Shown here one piece after another: positions 1 through 7,318 of a stretch of 46,964 nt of DNA. The translations under genes were made by a program, and so were the position numbers. The stretch is from a virus. Position 1 is the stretch's first letter. Each line of letters starts with the position of its first letter. The stretch lies in the IMG/VR virus record IMGVR_UViG_3300029720_000024; one strand, given 5' to 3'. The notes under the pieces were generated by a model. That model was not told where the DNA came from, did not search any database, and saw only the letters and a list, made by a program, of their open reading frames with translations.

Positions 1-99
1 GTATGTTTACGCATGATTCACCGTACCAAATGCATGATTTCCAGTTTTTGGCATGATACATGATTTTCATCATTTCAAACCATGCTTCACGGTATTCGG
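1..99. repeat. Terminal direct repeat, identical to 46866-46964. The contig is circular or terminally redundant, with a unique length of 46,865 bp.
   Basis: Both ends read gtatgtttacgcatgattcaccgtaccaaatgcatgatttcc...catgcttcacggtattcgg. Confidence 0.95.
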
Positions 100-865
100 G
101 AGCCTCGATTATAGCCCTCTGTAGCCACGCCTCGGCCTCTAATTGTTTTCCCTGTATGATTTTACACCGAGCAATGAAACGCATACTGGCGCCCCGCTCA
201 GGCGGCCACACGGCGCTTCTAAGGGCAAGATGTTTCTCCAGCGTTTCAATGGCCTTACTGTATTCCCGATGGAACATATATTCGCGGCCTAAGTAATGCA
301 TGTTTCGGTCGTTCTCCGGCTCTTCCTTAACCGCCAGCTCCAGAAGCGGCAGGTAATTGCTGCGGCTTTTCTTCTCATCGGGCCAATGGTCAACCCTCAG
401 CGGCAAATCGCAGTATGATTCTTCGCCGTATGATTTCAGCACTTCGTGAACGGGATTCTTCCAGTAGTATGATTTTGTATGAATTTTATCGGCGTTGAAT
501 GATACTCCGTCCCTGCCGTATGATTCATGGCTCCAAACATATAAATACCTTCCCCGCGTCCCGTGAAAGTTTTTCCGTATGATTTCCGCCCAGCCGGGCT
601 GTATGATTTCGTCCAGGTCGAGGCATACCAACACGTCCGCATCTTCCGGTATGATTTTCAATGATTCATTTCGCGCTACATCAAATCTCCACGGCTGTAT
701 GATTTTGGTTTTTACGATGCAGTTGTATGATTTCAGCTTATCAACGGTTTTGTCTGCGCTCCCCGTATCGAGAACGCAGACATAATCAGCCTCTTTTGCC
801 GTCTCATACCACCTGTCAACGAATTTTTCTTCGTCCTTAGCTATGGCATATACAGCTATTTTCAT
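1..865 (-). CDS. Glycosyltransferase (GT2-like N-domain plus TPR-like C-domain), 5' part. The CDS continues across the circular junction to 46666, giving 354 aa in total.
   Basis: Hand translation from the ATG at 865 gives MKIAVYAIAKDEEKFVDRWYETAKEADYVCVLDTGSADKTV..QPWRFDVARN..NPVHEVL..NYLPLLELAVKEEPENDRNMHYLGREYMF. The frame is open to base 1 and in frame with ORF 46666..46938 (865-73=792). It is missing from the ORF track because it runs off the window edge. The family is recalled from memory. Confidence 0.8.
   Translation of the reverse strand, partial: MKIAVYAIAKDEEKFVDRWYETAKEADYVCVLDTGSADKTVDKLKSYNCIVKTKIIQPWRFDVARNESLKIIPEDADVLVCLDLDEIIQPGWAEIIRKNFHGTRGRYLYVWSHESYGRDGVSFNADKIHTKSYYWKNPVHEVLKSYGEESYCDLPLRVDHWPDEKKSRSNYLPLLELAVKEEPENDRNMHYLGREYMFHREYSKAIETLEKHLALRSAVWPPERGASMRFIARCKIIQGKQLEAEAWLQRAIIEAPEYREAWFEMMKIMYHAKNWKSCIWYGESCVNI
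413..735 (+). repeat. Motif cluster I: 10 dispersed same-strand copies of ATGATT, 9 of them as GTATGATT[T/C], inside the glycosyltransferase CDS
   Basis: The A of ATGATT falls at 415, 430, 469, 520, 579, 603, 651, 661, 699 and 727. A near-copy lies at 479 and a lone copy at 156. Confidence 0.9.
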
Positions 866-1625
866 TTTCTCCCCTCAAAAAACAGTTGATGAAATAAATC
901 TGCCCTTTCCCCGTTACTTTCGGGGTGCGTGTTATTCTGGTGCTTCCGTCAGGGTTGGCTATAACCGTTTCCTTTATCTCAAAATATCCGGCTTCCATAG
1001 CCTTTTGGGTGGGCATATTCCAGTTTTCGCCCTTCTTGCATAACCAGCCGTTATCCCTCAACCATGTGAACATTCTGTTAGCCCCTATAGGCTTCCCGTT
1101 CTGGCGTATCATCTTAGCAAGCTGTCCCACTAAGCAACTATCGTGTGAGGCTTGCACGGCCTCCGCAAACAGCACTTTGGGGGCGTTGTGTTCTACTGTC
1201 GCTTCAAGCTCCTTCCGCCGCTCCTGCTCTTGTTTAAGGGCTGAAAACACCTTTATGGCGTTGGCGGGGTCGGCTATCATCTGTTCTATCGTGGTCGGTG
1301 TGGCGTACATACCATGTTTACGGATAGAGGGTATAACCTCATGCGTTACCCACCGCTTGAAGGCTTTTGCCTCCGGCTTGCGGGAGCCGAGCACAAGGGC
1401 ATATAATCCCGGCTCATTTACTATGGTTACTTCCTGCGTCCCTCCGGGGGTGTCGGTTAAAGCTACACCCTTTTCATCCTGTTCAAGGCGTGTTAATGCA
1501 TCACGGTTATTTGCGATTTCCAACGCCCGGCACACATCAGCCGCCACAAACCACGGTTCGCCATCCTTAATAGTAGTCCTTATCTCTCCAAACTGGTTGT
1601 TGTTAAATATCTGTAATTCGTTCAT
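837..1625 (-). CDS. Phage antirepressor (BRO-N domain plus KilAC/ANT C-terminal domain)
   Basis: MNELQIFNNNQFGEIRTT..PWFVAADVCRALE is BRO-N-like and the C-terminal ..NRMFTWLRDNGWL.. is KilAC-like. AAAGGAG lies 6 nt before the ATG at 1625. Confidence 0.8.
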   Translation of the reverse strand: MNELQIFNNNQFGEIRTTIKDGEPWFVAADVCRALEIANNRDALTRLEQDEKGVALTDTPGGTQEVTIVNEPGLYALVLGSRKPEAKAFKRWVTHEVIPSIRKHGMYATPTTIEQMIADPANAIKVFSALKQEQERRKELEATVEHNAPKVLFAEAVQASHDSCLVGQLAKMIRQNGKPIGANRMFTWLRDNGWLCKKGENWNMPTQKAMEAGYFEIKETVIANPDGSTRITRTPKVTGKGQIYFINCFLRGENENSCICHS

Positions 1626-1863
1626 TGTAACTCCTTTCATCACCTGTAATTTGGTCTATTAGCGCGTTTAGAACGTTTATGTTTTTGTAGATTATAGCAA
1701 AGGCCCCATTGCTCATTATCGAATAATTTGAGACATACTCCGATACCAAGAAATTATCCGTGTAGTCAAATACCGCTTGATTTACTGACGACTGTATATC
1801 CCTTGCCAATTCTAAGTCCATTGTTACTTTCTCCAATGCGCTGATTATTCGGGCTTTTTCCAT
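1603..1863 (-). CDS. Hypothetical protein
   Basis: ORF with GGAGG 8 nt upstream of the ATG at 1863. AT-richer than its neighbours. Confidence 0.5.
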   Translation of the reverse strand: MEKARIISALEKVTMDLELARDIQSSVNQAVFDYTDNFLVSEYVSNYSIMSNGAFAIIYKNINVLNALIDQITGDERSYNERITDI

Positions 1864-1983
1864 ATAGTAAACCTCCATTTCCTTGACCGCAGGAGGCAGA
1901 CATGATACAATTTATCTGCCTGATGTGGCACGTGAGGTTAGCGACAAATCTTGTCCCTTGTCATCGGCGCTAACCTCGTCTTT

Positions 1984-2157
1984 TTAGTTTTGGAGTGCTG
2001 CTTCTATGGCCTGCCGTATAAACTCATTTCGCGTTATTCCTCTTTCCCTGCAATATGCTTGCACTTGCTCATTTGTTTTCTCTGTAAGACGAATACTAAA
2101 CTTAACGTTTAACGGCTCCTCCACGGGCGGCCTTCCTACTTTGGGTTGGGACTTCAT
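1984..2157 (-). CDS. Ribbon-helix-helix (CopG/Arc-like) DNA-binding protein, 57 aa
   Basis: Hand translation gives MKSQPKVGRPPVEEPLNVKFSIRLTEKTNEQVQAYCRERGITRNEFIRQAIEAALQN. It is below the track size cut-off, and the plus-strand track ORF 2006..2266 is its antisense. Confidence 0.6.
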   Translation of the reverse strand: MKSQPKVGRPPVEEPLNVKFSIRLTEKTNEQVQAYCRERGITRNEFIRQAIEAALQN

Positions 2158-2275
2158 TCTTTCCCCCTTTCTTTTTGTCCCTCGTCAATTACAGTATATT
2201 CATGAGGGACAAAAAATCAATATATACATCTATTGTTTTTCCTTATACCGCCTTTCCATGTTGTAAAAGCCTGAA

Positions 2276-2902
2276 TCAAGCATAATTCAGCACCGTCAAT
2301 CTGTAACTGCCGTCATTATCCGGTGTGTCGTCAATCTGCACCGATTGGAGGATTATAAAAGCGGGGACAACCCCATTCGAGTACGAAGGGTTGCCGTAGT
2401 AGTTGGCGGAGCCGTCCGTGAAGACGTACCACGCGTTGTCAGAGGAGTACCGCGAAGAAAGCCACCAGTAGGCTGCCGAGCCGTTAAAGGTCTTTTTGCG
2501 GCTATTTCTTCCAGTAAATATAGGCCATGCTAAACCTTCTTCTATTCCTTCATTATCACCGTAGCCTACCATGGTCAACGTGGGGGCAAACACCTTGCGG
2601 GTTATATTCTCGGCGCCGCTGCCATTATATAACGAAATCGTGCTGGGGATAATCAGTTCTTTAAACTCGTCGGGGTAGCTGTTGTATATTTCTGTCATGC
2701 GTTTGTCCAGGTCTGATCCGACGTACTCCGTGCCGTTCCCGAACCGGCACAAGCTGTGTACCTCCTCGCGGATAAGCCCTGCGGTGCCTACGTCAAAATT
2801 ATTGAGGCAACCGAGGGTGTAGCCCGCCAGCTCGTAGGTTCCATCCTCGCGGCGCTCGGGGATTTTGATGTTGCTTCCGAATGGTAAATCGCTTATTCTC
2901 AT
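2276..2902 (-). CDS. DUF6273-like protein (WWLSS..GVVPAF motif), an inverted paralog of the N-terminal part of 45134..46243
   Basis: MRISDLPFGSNIKIPERRED.. and ..AYWWLSSRYSSDNAWYVFTDGS..NGVVPAF. Long identical nucleotide runs are shared with 45134-45742. Confidence 0.6.
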   Translation of the reverse strand: MRISDLPFGSNIKIPERREDGTYELAGYTLGCLNNFDVGTAGLIREEVHSLCRFGNGTEYVGSDLDKRMTEIYNSYPDEFKELIIPSTISLYNGSGAENITRKVFAPTLTMVGYGDNEGIEEGLAWPIFTGRNSRKKTFNGSAAYWWLSSRYSSDNAWYVFTDGSANYYGNPSYSNGVVPAFIILQSVQIDDTPDNDGSYRLTVLNYA

Positions 2903-2911
2903 TGTTTCCTC

Positions 2912-3403
2912 CTATTCCGGTATGTCTATGTATTTCATCATTCTGTCTATCGCACGTTCTTCAAGGTGCTCTATTGCCTTGGGGGATTTATCCATTTTTA
3001 CACCTACCCTGGTATTAGATGGCATATCCCGCGAATAGAAATGTTCGTAAAAGTTATATTTCAACTCGATTACCCTTCTCTGGTTCGCGGGGAACTCATC
3101 TAATGCAGCATCTATAAACGCCACGAATGACATATCATCGTTTATTTTTTCCAGCATTTCGGCCATTTGCAGATTATACCGCTCCTTTGCCGCCATGAGC
3201 TTTATAGCGCTCCGGGCAGTCGGGTCGGTAATGTCGCTGCCGTGCGGCATACCCGATAAAACCTGTGGGCGAATATCCGCTACCGCTTCCATTCTCTCTT
3301 TGATACTGGCTATTTTTTTATCTATTTCTTTCGCGTTTCTCTTGGCTTTCCCCCAACGAACAAGCAACCGCCTGATGTATGCCCGTTGTTCGCGTTTCGT
3401 CAT
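2912..3403 (-). CDS. Sigma-70 region-4-like / ArpU-RinA-type phage transcriptional regulator
   Basis: The C-terminal ..FPANQRRVIELKY.. followed by ..AIEHLEERAIDRMMKY resembles region 4. The pattern is recalled, not searched. Confidence 0.45.
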   Translation of the reverse strand: MTKREQRAYIRRLLVRWGKAKRNAKEIDKKIASIKERMEAVADIRPQVLSGMPHGSDITDPTARSAIKLMAAKERYNLQMAEMLEKINDDMSFVAFIDAALDEFPANQRRVIELKYNFYEHFYSRDMPSNTRVGVKMDKSPKAIEHLEERAIDRMMKYIDIPE

Positions 3404-3600
3404 TGGTTCCTCCTTAACAATTCATCTGCCGTTATGTTAAAATAATCTGCCAACCATATGATTCTGCTCGCGGTCGGCTCCATGCCGTCCATCTCATAGT
3501 GATAAATGGTCGCCGCGCTTATGCCGGTTTCGCGCTCCATCGCAGCCCGCGACTTGCCCTTCTTTTCTCGGTACATTCGTATCCTCTGCCCTATCGTCAT
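3400..3600 (-). CDS. XRE-family HTH protein
   Basis: MTIGQRIRMYREKKGKSRAAMERETGISAATIYHYE, with GGAGGAAAC immediately before the ATG at 3600. Confidence 0.7.
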   Translation of the reverse strand: MTIGQRIRMYREKKGKSRAAMERETGISAATIYHYEMDGMEPTASRIIWLADYFNITADELLRRNQ

Positions 3601-3760
3601 GTTTCCTCCATACGCCGCAATGGCAGTTAGTTTCCTGACCTTCTCTGAACTCCTTGCAGATACATCTGCTTTCCTCATCCTTGATTATCGCGCAGGGGCA
3701 GTATCCGTCCCCGCGCCGTATACACTCCCATATATCAGGCCGCAGTAATTCATAGCTCAT
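3494..3760 (-). CDS. Small Cys-rich protein (CPC..CxC..CHC, like the ferredoxin-thioredoxin-reductase catalytic motif). Its 3' tail overlaps the XRE gene.
   Basis: MSYELLRPDIWECIRRGDGYCPCAIIKDEESRCICKEFREGQETNCHCGVW. Its ATGA start overlaps the upstream stop at 3757-3760. Confidence 0.4.
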   Translation of the reverse strand: MSYELLRPDIWECIRRGDGYCPCAIIKDEESRCICKEFREGQETNCHCGVWRKHDDRAEDTNVPRKEGQVAGCDGARNRHKRGDHLSL

Positions 3761-3987
3761 TCCGCGCCCTCCCATATCAGCGGCCTTCCCTCTGCGTCTA
3801 CCATTACGCAAACGCCGCCTTTGTATGTTCGCAGGTATTGTACCCCCGTGAGGTTATCGACATATATCACATACGCTGCACCCGTTTCCAGCGTTCGCAG
3901 TCTATAAGTACCAGCTTCAGCCTTTCCGCACCCGCACAGGGCGAGGGTCAGCAGGATTAATATTGTTATTGCTATTACTCGTTTCAT
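3757..3987 (-). CDS. Putative lipoprotein
   Basis: MKRVIAITILILLTLALCGCGK has a signal peptide with a lipobox-like LALCGC. A good RBS is present. Confidence 0.6.
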   Translation of the reverse strand: MKRVIAITILILLTLALCGCGKAEAGTYRLRTLETGAAYVIYVDNLTGVQYLRTYKGGVCVMVDAEGRPLIWEGAE

Positions 3988-4250
3988 TTTTCCTTCTCCT
4001 TAAAATCCTTCAACTCTCTCAATGCTGCTAAAAAACTATGAAACTCCGGCAAATGCCCCACCAAATACAAAGGGTCATCTTCTCTAAACAGTTGAATTTT
4101 GTGTCCGTCGTATGTCAAACATTCATAACCTTTGTGACGATACCGCCCCTGCGTGATTGTACATTTGCCCAAATACATCAAATATCGGTATGGATTATCT
4201 GAACCAGCATATTTGTTGCAAACAATATCGCCTTTGCTAAATTTGCTCAT
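3984..4250 (-). CDS. Hypothetical protein
   Basis: GAAGGAGG lies before the ATG at 4250, in an operon context with overlapping stops. Confidence 0.5.
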   Translation of the reverse strand: MSKFSKGDIVCNKYAGSDNPYRYLMYLGKCTITQGRYRHKGYECLTYDGHKIQLFREDDPLYLVGHLPEFHSFLAALRELKDFKEKEK

Positions 4251-4512
4251 TAGTTTCCTCCTTCGGGGGCTCCGGCATGGGCATCCACGCAATAACAGGA
4301 TTGCCCTTAAACCATAGTCCTTCAAACTTTTCTATGGGATATACAAGCCCCAGTATGTCGATGTCACTGCTGCCGGCATCGTAGTAATACCACCATTCCG
4401 GCAATAATTGTCTCATGCGTATCTCGCCGCGAAAAATCTGTCCATCTTGCAGCAGGATAATCACCGGTTCCTTTTCTTCTGGTAGTCTGTCTCTCACTTT
4501 AATCCAGTTCAT
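4237..4512 (-). CDS. DUF551-like protein
   Basis: MNWIKVRDRLPEE...VIAWMPMPEPP matches the recalled DUF551 pattern. Confidence 0.6.
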   Translation of the reverse strand: MNWIKVRDRLPEEKEPVIILLQDGQIFRGEIRMRQLLPEWWYYYDAGSSDIDILGLVYPIEKFEGLWFKGNPVIAWMPMPEPPKEETNEQI

Positions 4513-4915
4513 CGGCTTCCTCCTTATCCATTTTCGCCCCGCAGTTGGGGCAGTAGTTTTCTCCAGTAGGATTGAGCCCTACCGAATAACCGCATACAGA
4601 GCAAGTCCATTCATGGAATGTCCGTCCCCAATCATCGTTTTCTATTTCTGAGTGTATCCACTTCCCATACCGCACCGGCTCCACGTCTGTGCGGGGTTCT
4701 GTGATCTCGAATTCCTCTGCAAGCCAATTAAACACATTATCAAGGCAGTATGAGCCAAACCCAATGTGGCATTCTCCGTCCGCTGGGTTAAAGTACCAGA
4801 TGTTGTAACACGGCTTTTCAGGTATTCCTTCCACGACAATTCTGGCGAATGGTGTTTTTATCTTGTGTTTGCACTCATCCGCACTCGCTGCCTCCCGGCT
4901 GATGTAGTTACTCAT
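4499..4915 (-). CDS. Hypothetical protein with a C-terminal zinc ribbon
   Basis: CSVCGYSVG..NYCPNCGAKM, with GGAGG before the ATG at 4915. Confidence 0.55.
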   Translation of the reverse strand: MSNYISREAASADECKHKIKTPFARIVVEGIPEKPCYNIWYFNPADGECHIGFGSYCLDNVFNWLAEEFEITEPRTDVEPVRYGKWIHSEIENDDWGRTFHEWTCSVCGYSVGLNPTGENYCPNCGAKMDKEEADELD

Positions 4916-4916
4916 T

Positions 4917-5234
4917 TTATTCCTCCGGTTCACTTGTACTATCGCAAATATTCAGAATCTGTTGGAGCAATTCAATCTGCCCGTTTCTGTGACCATAGCG
5001 ATACCCGGTTGTATACGTTTCGGCCGTGTCTCCACTGTTCTTGTCTTTTTCAGCAACGAGCGACTGATACTTGGCTCTCAAATCTTCAAGTTCCGTTGTA
5101 TCCATAACCAAAGCAACATCGTCTGCAACCCTGTTAATGGCATTTTCTATCTCTTGATATTCCGAGGGATATAACTCCACTGCATCGCAAGCAGCTTCTA
5201 TCGCCTCGCTTTTGGTTATATATTCTTTACTCAT
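4917..5234 (-). CDS. Hypothetical protein
   Basis: Its ATGA start overlaps the upstream stop at 5231-5234. Confidence 0.45.
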   Translation of the reverse strand: MSKEYITKSEAIEAACDAVELYPSEYQEIENAINRVADDVALVMDTTELEDLRAKYQSLVAEKDKNSGDTAETYTTGYRYGHRNGQIELLQQILNICDSTSEPEE

Positions 5235-5428
5235 CGTTTCTCCGTCCTTTCTGCATTCAGCCAGTTTTCCAGCATTTTCCGGCATTCGCTGGGATACAAT
5301 TCGCCGAGTATTTTCGCCATTTCTATGCATTCGTCAACCACCGGGCATAGCGAGCAATTCATTCGTTTGGCAAGTTTAGCTGCCAGCCATTCGGCGGATT
5401 GCTGTTTTAGGTATTCGTGGTTAGTCAT
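5231..5428 (-). CDS. Hypothetical protein
   Basis: GGAGG lies 8 nt before the ATG at 5428. Confidence 0.45.
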   Translation of the reverse strand: MTNHEYLKQQSAEWLAAKLAKRMNCSLCPVVDECIEMAKILGELYPSECRKMLENWLNAERTEKR

Positions 5429-5433
5429 GCCGC

Positions 5434-5916
5434 TCACCTCCTGTCGTATTTACCGTTTTTCTGCCAGATCACAACCATGCTCGGGAACGGCGCCGGCATT
5501 GGTCGCCCATCGCGATCATGTATGGGCTTGCCCTCAATCTCGAATTTGAGCCGCCCACGGATGAAGCGAATTTCGGCTTTGCCGAGTATGTACTCGTGAA
5601 AGCTGGATCTGTCTGTCCGGGCGGGTATCAGCAGCACAACCGTTGTGTTGGGCTTCTGTGCCTCGCGGTAGCATTTCTCCGTCCATTGTCCTGTCTCCCT
5701 GTTACCATAAGGCGGATTGCAAAACACTGTTTCGCCCTGCCAATCTTGCAGCAAGCCGTTATCTTTTTTTGTGAAATACCGTTCGCATTTGTGGTTGGCG
5801 TCACTGGCCGCCGCGTCCAGTGTGAAATTAAACTCGGCGTTTAGTTCATCAAACAGGCTTTGCGGCGTTTCCCAATAGTCCTTGTCGCTCAAAAACATAG
5901 TGGTGAAATTAGTCAT
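5434..5916 (-). CDS. Phage N6-adenine DNA methyltransferase (Dam-like)
   Basis: DKDYWETPQSLFDELNAEFNFTLDAAAS.. and the FCNPPYG motif. AGGAGG precedes the ATG at 5916. Confidence 0.75.
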   Translation of the reverse strand: MTNFTTMFLSDKDYWETPQSLFDELNAEFNFTLDAAASDANHKCERYFTKKDNGLLQDWQGETVFCNPPYGNRETGQWTEKCYREAQKPNTTVVLLIPARTDRSSFHEYILGKAEIRFIRGRLKFEIEGKPIHDRDGRPMPAPFPSMVVIWQKNGKYDRR

Positions 5917-6211
5917 TTTCCTTGCCTCCTGTTTCTGCCGCCTCAATGCGCTTATTGAGCCGCTCAATCTTCTTGGTAATCCACTCTGTCATCTGCCCGC
6001 CTACGTTGAATATGCAGCAGAGCTGCCACAGCATTATCTGTACGTCAGCCATTTCCTCTGCAAGATGGTCAGAGTTCGGCTTGCCACGCAAAGCTTTGGT
6101 CAGTTCTTTTTGTAGCTCTGCACATTCCTCGATGGCGACTATGGTCTGGATGGGTTCGCCGTATTTCTCGATGGCTCTGCGCAGAATTTTCATTGTGTTT
6201 TTACTGTTCAC
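5909..6211 (-). CDS. MazG-like nucleotide pyrophosphohydrolase
   Basis: AIEECAELQKELTK...LAEEMADVQIMLWQL shows the EExxE..D pattern. Confidence 0.65.
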   Translation of the reverse strand: MNSKNTMKILRRAIEKYGEPIQTIVAIEECAELQKELTKALRGKPNSDHLAEEMADVQIMLWQLCCIFNVGGQMTEWITKKIERLNKRIEAAETGGKEND

Positions 6212-6507
6212 AGCTCAGTGTCTCCTTTCAAATACTCCTCAATCACCGCCGCCGCGCAGGGCCAGCCGTAGCAGACCGCGCAATAGTAGCAATATGCACC
6301 AAAGCTACACTCATCACCAAAGTAGCACCCATCACCAAAACGGCAATGCTCAATAAAGCGGCACTGCGCACCAAAGAGGCAATGCCTATCAAAGACGCAA
6401 CTCTCCCCAAAGTCTTTTATGGCGATATAATCCCCAGCAGGGCATATCTTACGACCAAACTTATCTACTTCAAAGTTGTCAAAATCCGCTTGCGTGTACT
6501 TTTTCAT
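6208..6507 (-). CDS. Cys-ladder hexapeptide-repeat protein
   Basis: DFGESC VFDRHC LFGAQC RFIEHC RFGDGC YFGDEC SFGAYC YYCAVC are eight consecutive 6-residue units, each ending in Cys. Confidence 0.55.
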   Translation of the reverse strand: MKKYTQADFDNFEVDKFGRKICPAGDYIAIKDFGESCVFDRHCLFGAQCRFIEHCRFGDGCYFGDECSFGAYCYYCAVCYGWPCAAAVIEEYLKGDTEL

Positions 6508-6838
6508 TGCTCTTTTCTTTCTTGTCTGTTTCCATTAAATCAAACAATCTGCCGCCGTTATCCTGTAACACCTGATAAATACCCTTTGCAAACATTTCTA
6601 TAACCGCTTCTTCATTCTCAATCTCCAACCCTGCGTGCTGTTGGACACCATGTAGAATCTCATGTAATAGAGTTTGACATCGTTTTTGATGTCCGATTCC
6701 GTCTGTGGCCGATAGCTCAATCTTGCAGTTGTCATAATCAATTTGTCCATATGCAAGTTGGTTTCCATGCCGTAGATTTTCTACGTAAGAAATAGCATAC
6801 TCCACGCCACCAATGCGTACGCTCTCAGGTATTTTCAC
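6479..6838 (-). CDS. Putative HExxH metallopeptidase-like protein
   Basis: LLHEILHGVQQH motif. GTG start at 6838. Confidence 0.45.
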   Translation of the reverse strand: MKIPESVRIGGVEYAISYVENLRHGNQLAYGQIDYDNCKIELSATDGIGHQKRCQTLLHEILHGVQQHAGLEIENEEAVIEMFAKGIYQVLQDNGGRLFDLMETDKKEKSNEKVHASGF

Positions 6839-6868
6839 TGCTCATTTCCCCCTCCGCTTCCGGACATG

Positions 6869-7318
6869 TCATTCGTCCCTCCAGCACCCCACAACAAGGT
6901 TGCTTACTCCCTGTATGGGTAAATCCTTTAATATCTGCCGCAGTCGGCAATTATGTTTCGCGCCGTCACAGGTAAAGCACTCGGTTTTGGTTGCGTACTC
7001 TGCAAGATCGGCCAGATCGTCATAGCTCATCACCCAGTAATTTTTACTCCGTCCGGCGGGGCTTTTAATGCCTATCTGTATGTCGGTCAAATCCAACTGC
7101 TTTTTCAGCGTGATAAGCTGCTCAACAGGTATCGTGTCTATCAGCGCAGTATTGATTTTCTCAATATTGCTCTGCGCCAATCGGAAATTTCGCCAGCCGT
7201 TAGGAATACGGTCTACCAGCCGATGATACTTTTCTTCGTACACCTTTAAGATATTTTCAACGGCGTACAGAGAAGCAAATAATTCTTTTCCTTCTGCGTT
7301 TATCCTTGTTCTTTCCAT
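6869..7318 (-). CDS. Hypothetical protein
   Basis: 149-aa ORF co-oriented with the early operon. Confidence 0.5.
   Translation of the reverse strand: MERTRINAEGKELFASLYAVENILKVYEEKYHRLVDRIPNGWRNFRLAQSNIEKINTALIDTIPVEQLITLKKQLDLTDIQIGIKSPAGRSKNYWVMSYDDLADLAEYATKTECFTCDGAKHNCRLRQILKDLPIQGVSNLVVGCWRDE

Noticed and set aside
413-735. Interpreting the ATGATT array as multiple -10 elements (TATGAT) or Fur-box-like hexamers
   Set aside because: No matching -35 elements or inverted hexamer partners are present. All copies share one orientation and the spacing is irregular, so neither model fits. The function is left open.
1-865. Possibility that the start of the window is a pseudogene or uses an alternative genetic code, because the ORF track shows only short ORFs there
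   Set aside because: Hand translation of the minus strand from the ATG at 865 is open all the way to base 1 and is in frame with ORF 46666..46938 across the circular junction. The track simply omits ORFs that run off the edge.
2006-2266. An 86-aa plus-strand ORF
   Set aside because: It is antisense to a well-formed 57-aa RHH gene (1984..2157) that has the expected operon orientation. The plus-strand translation is hydrophobic and low-complexity, and no RBS is present.
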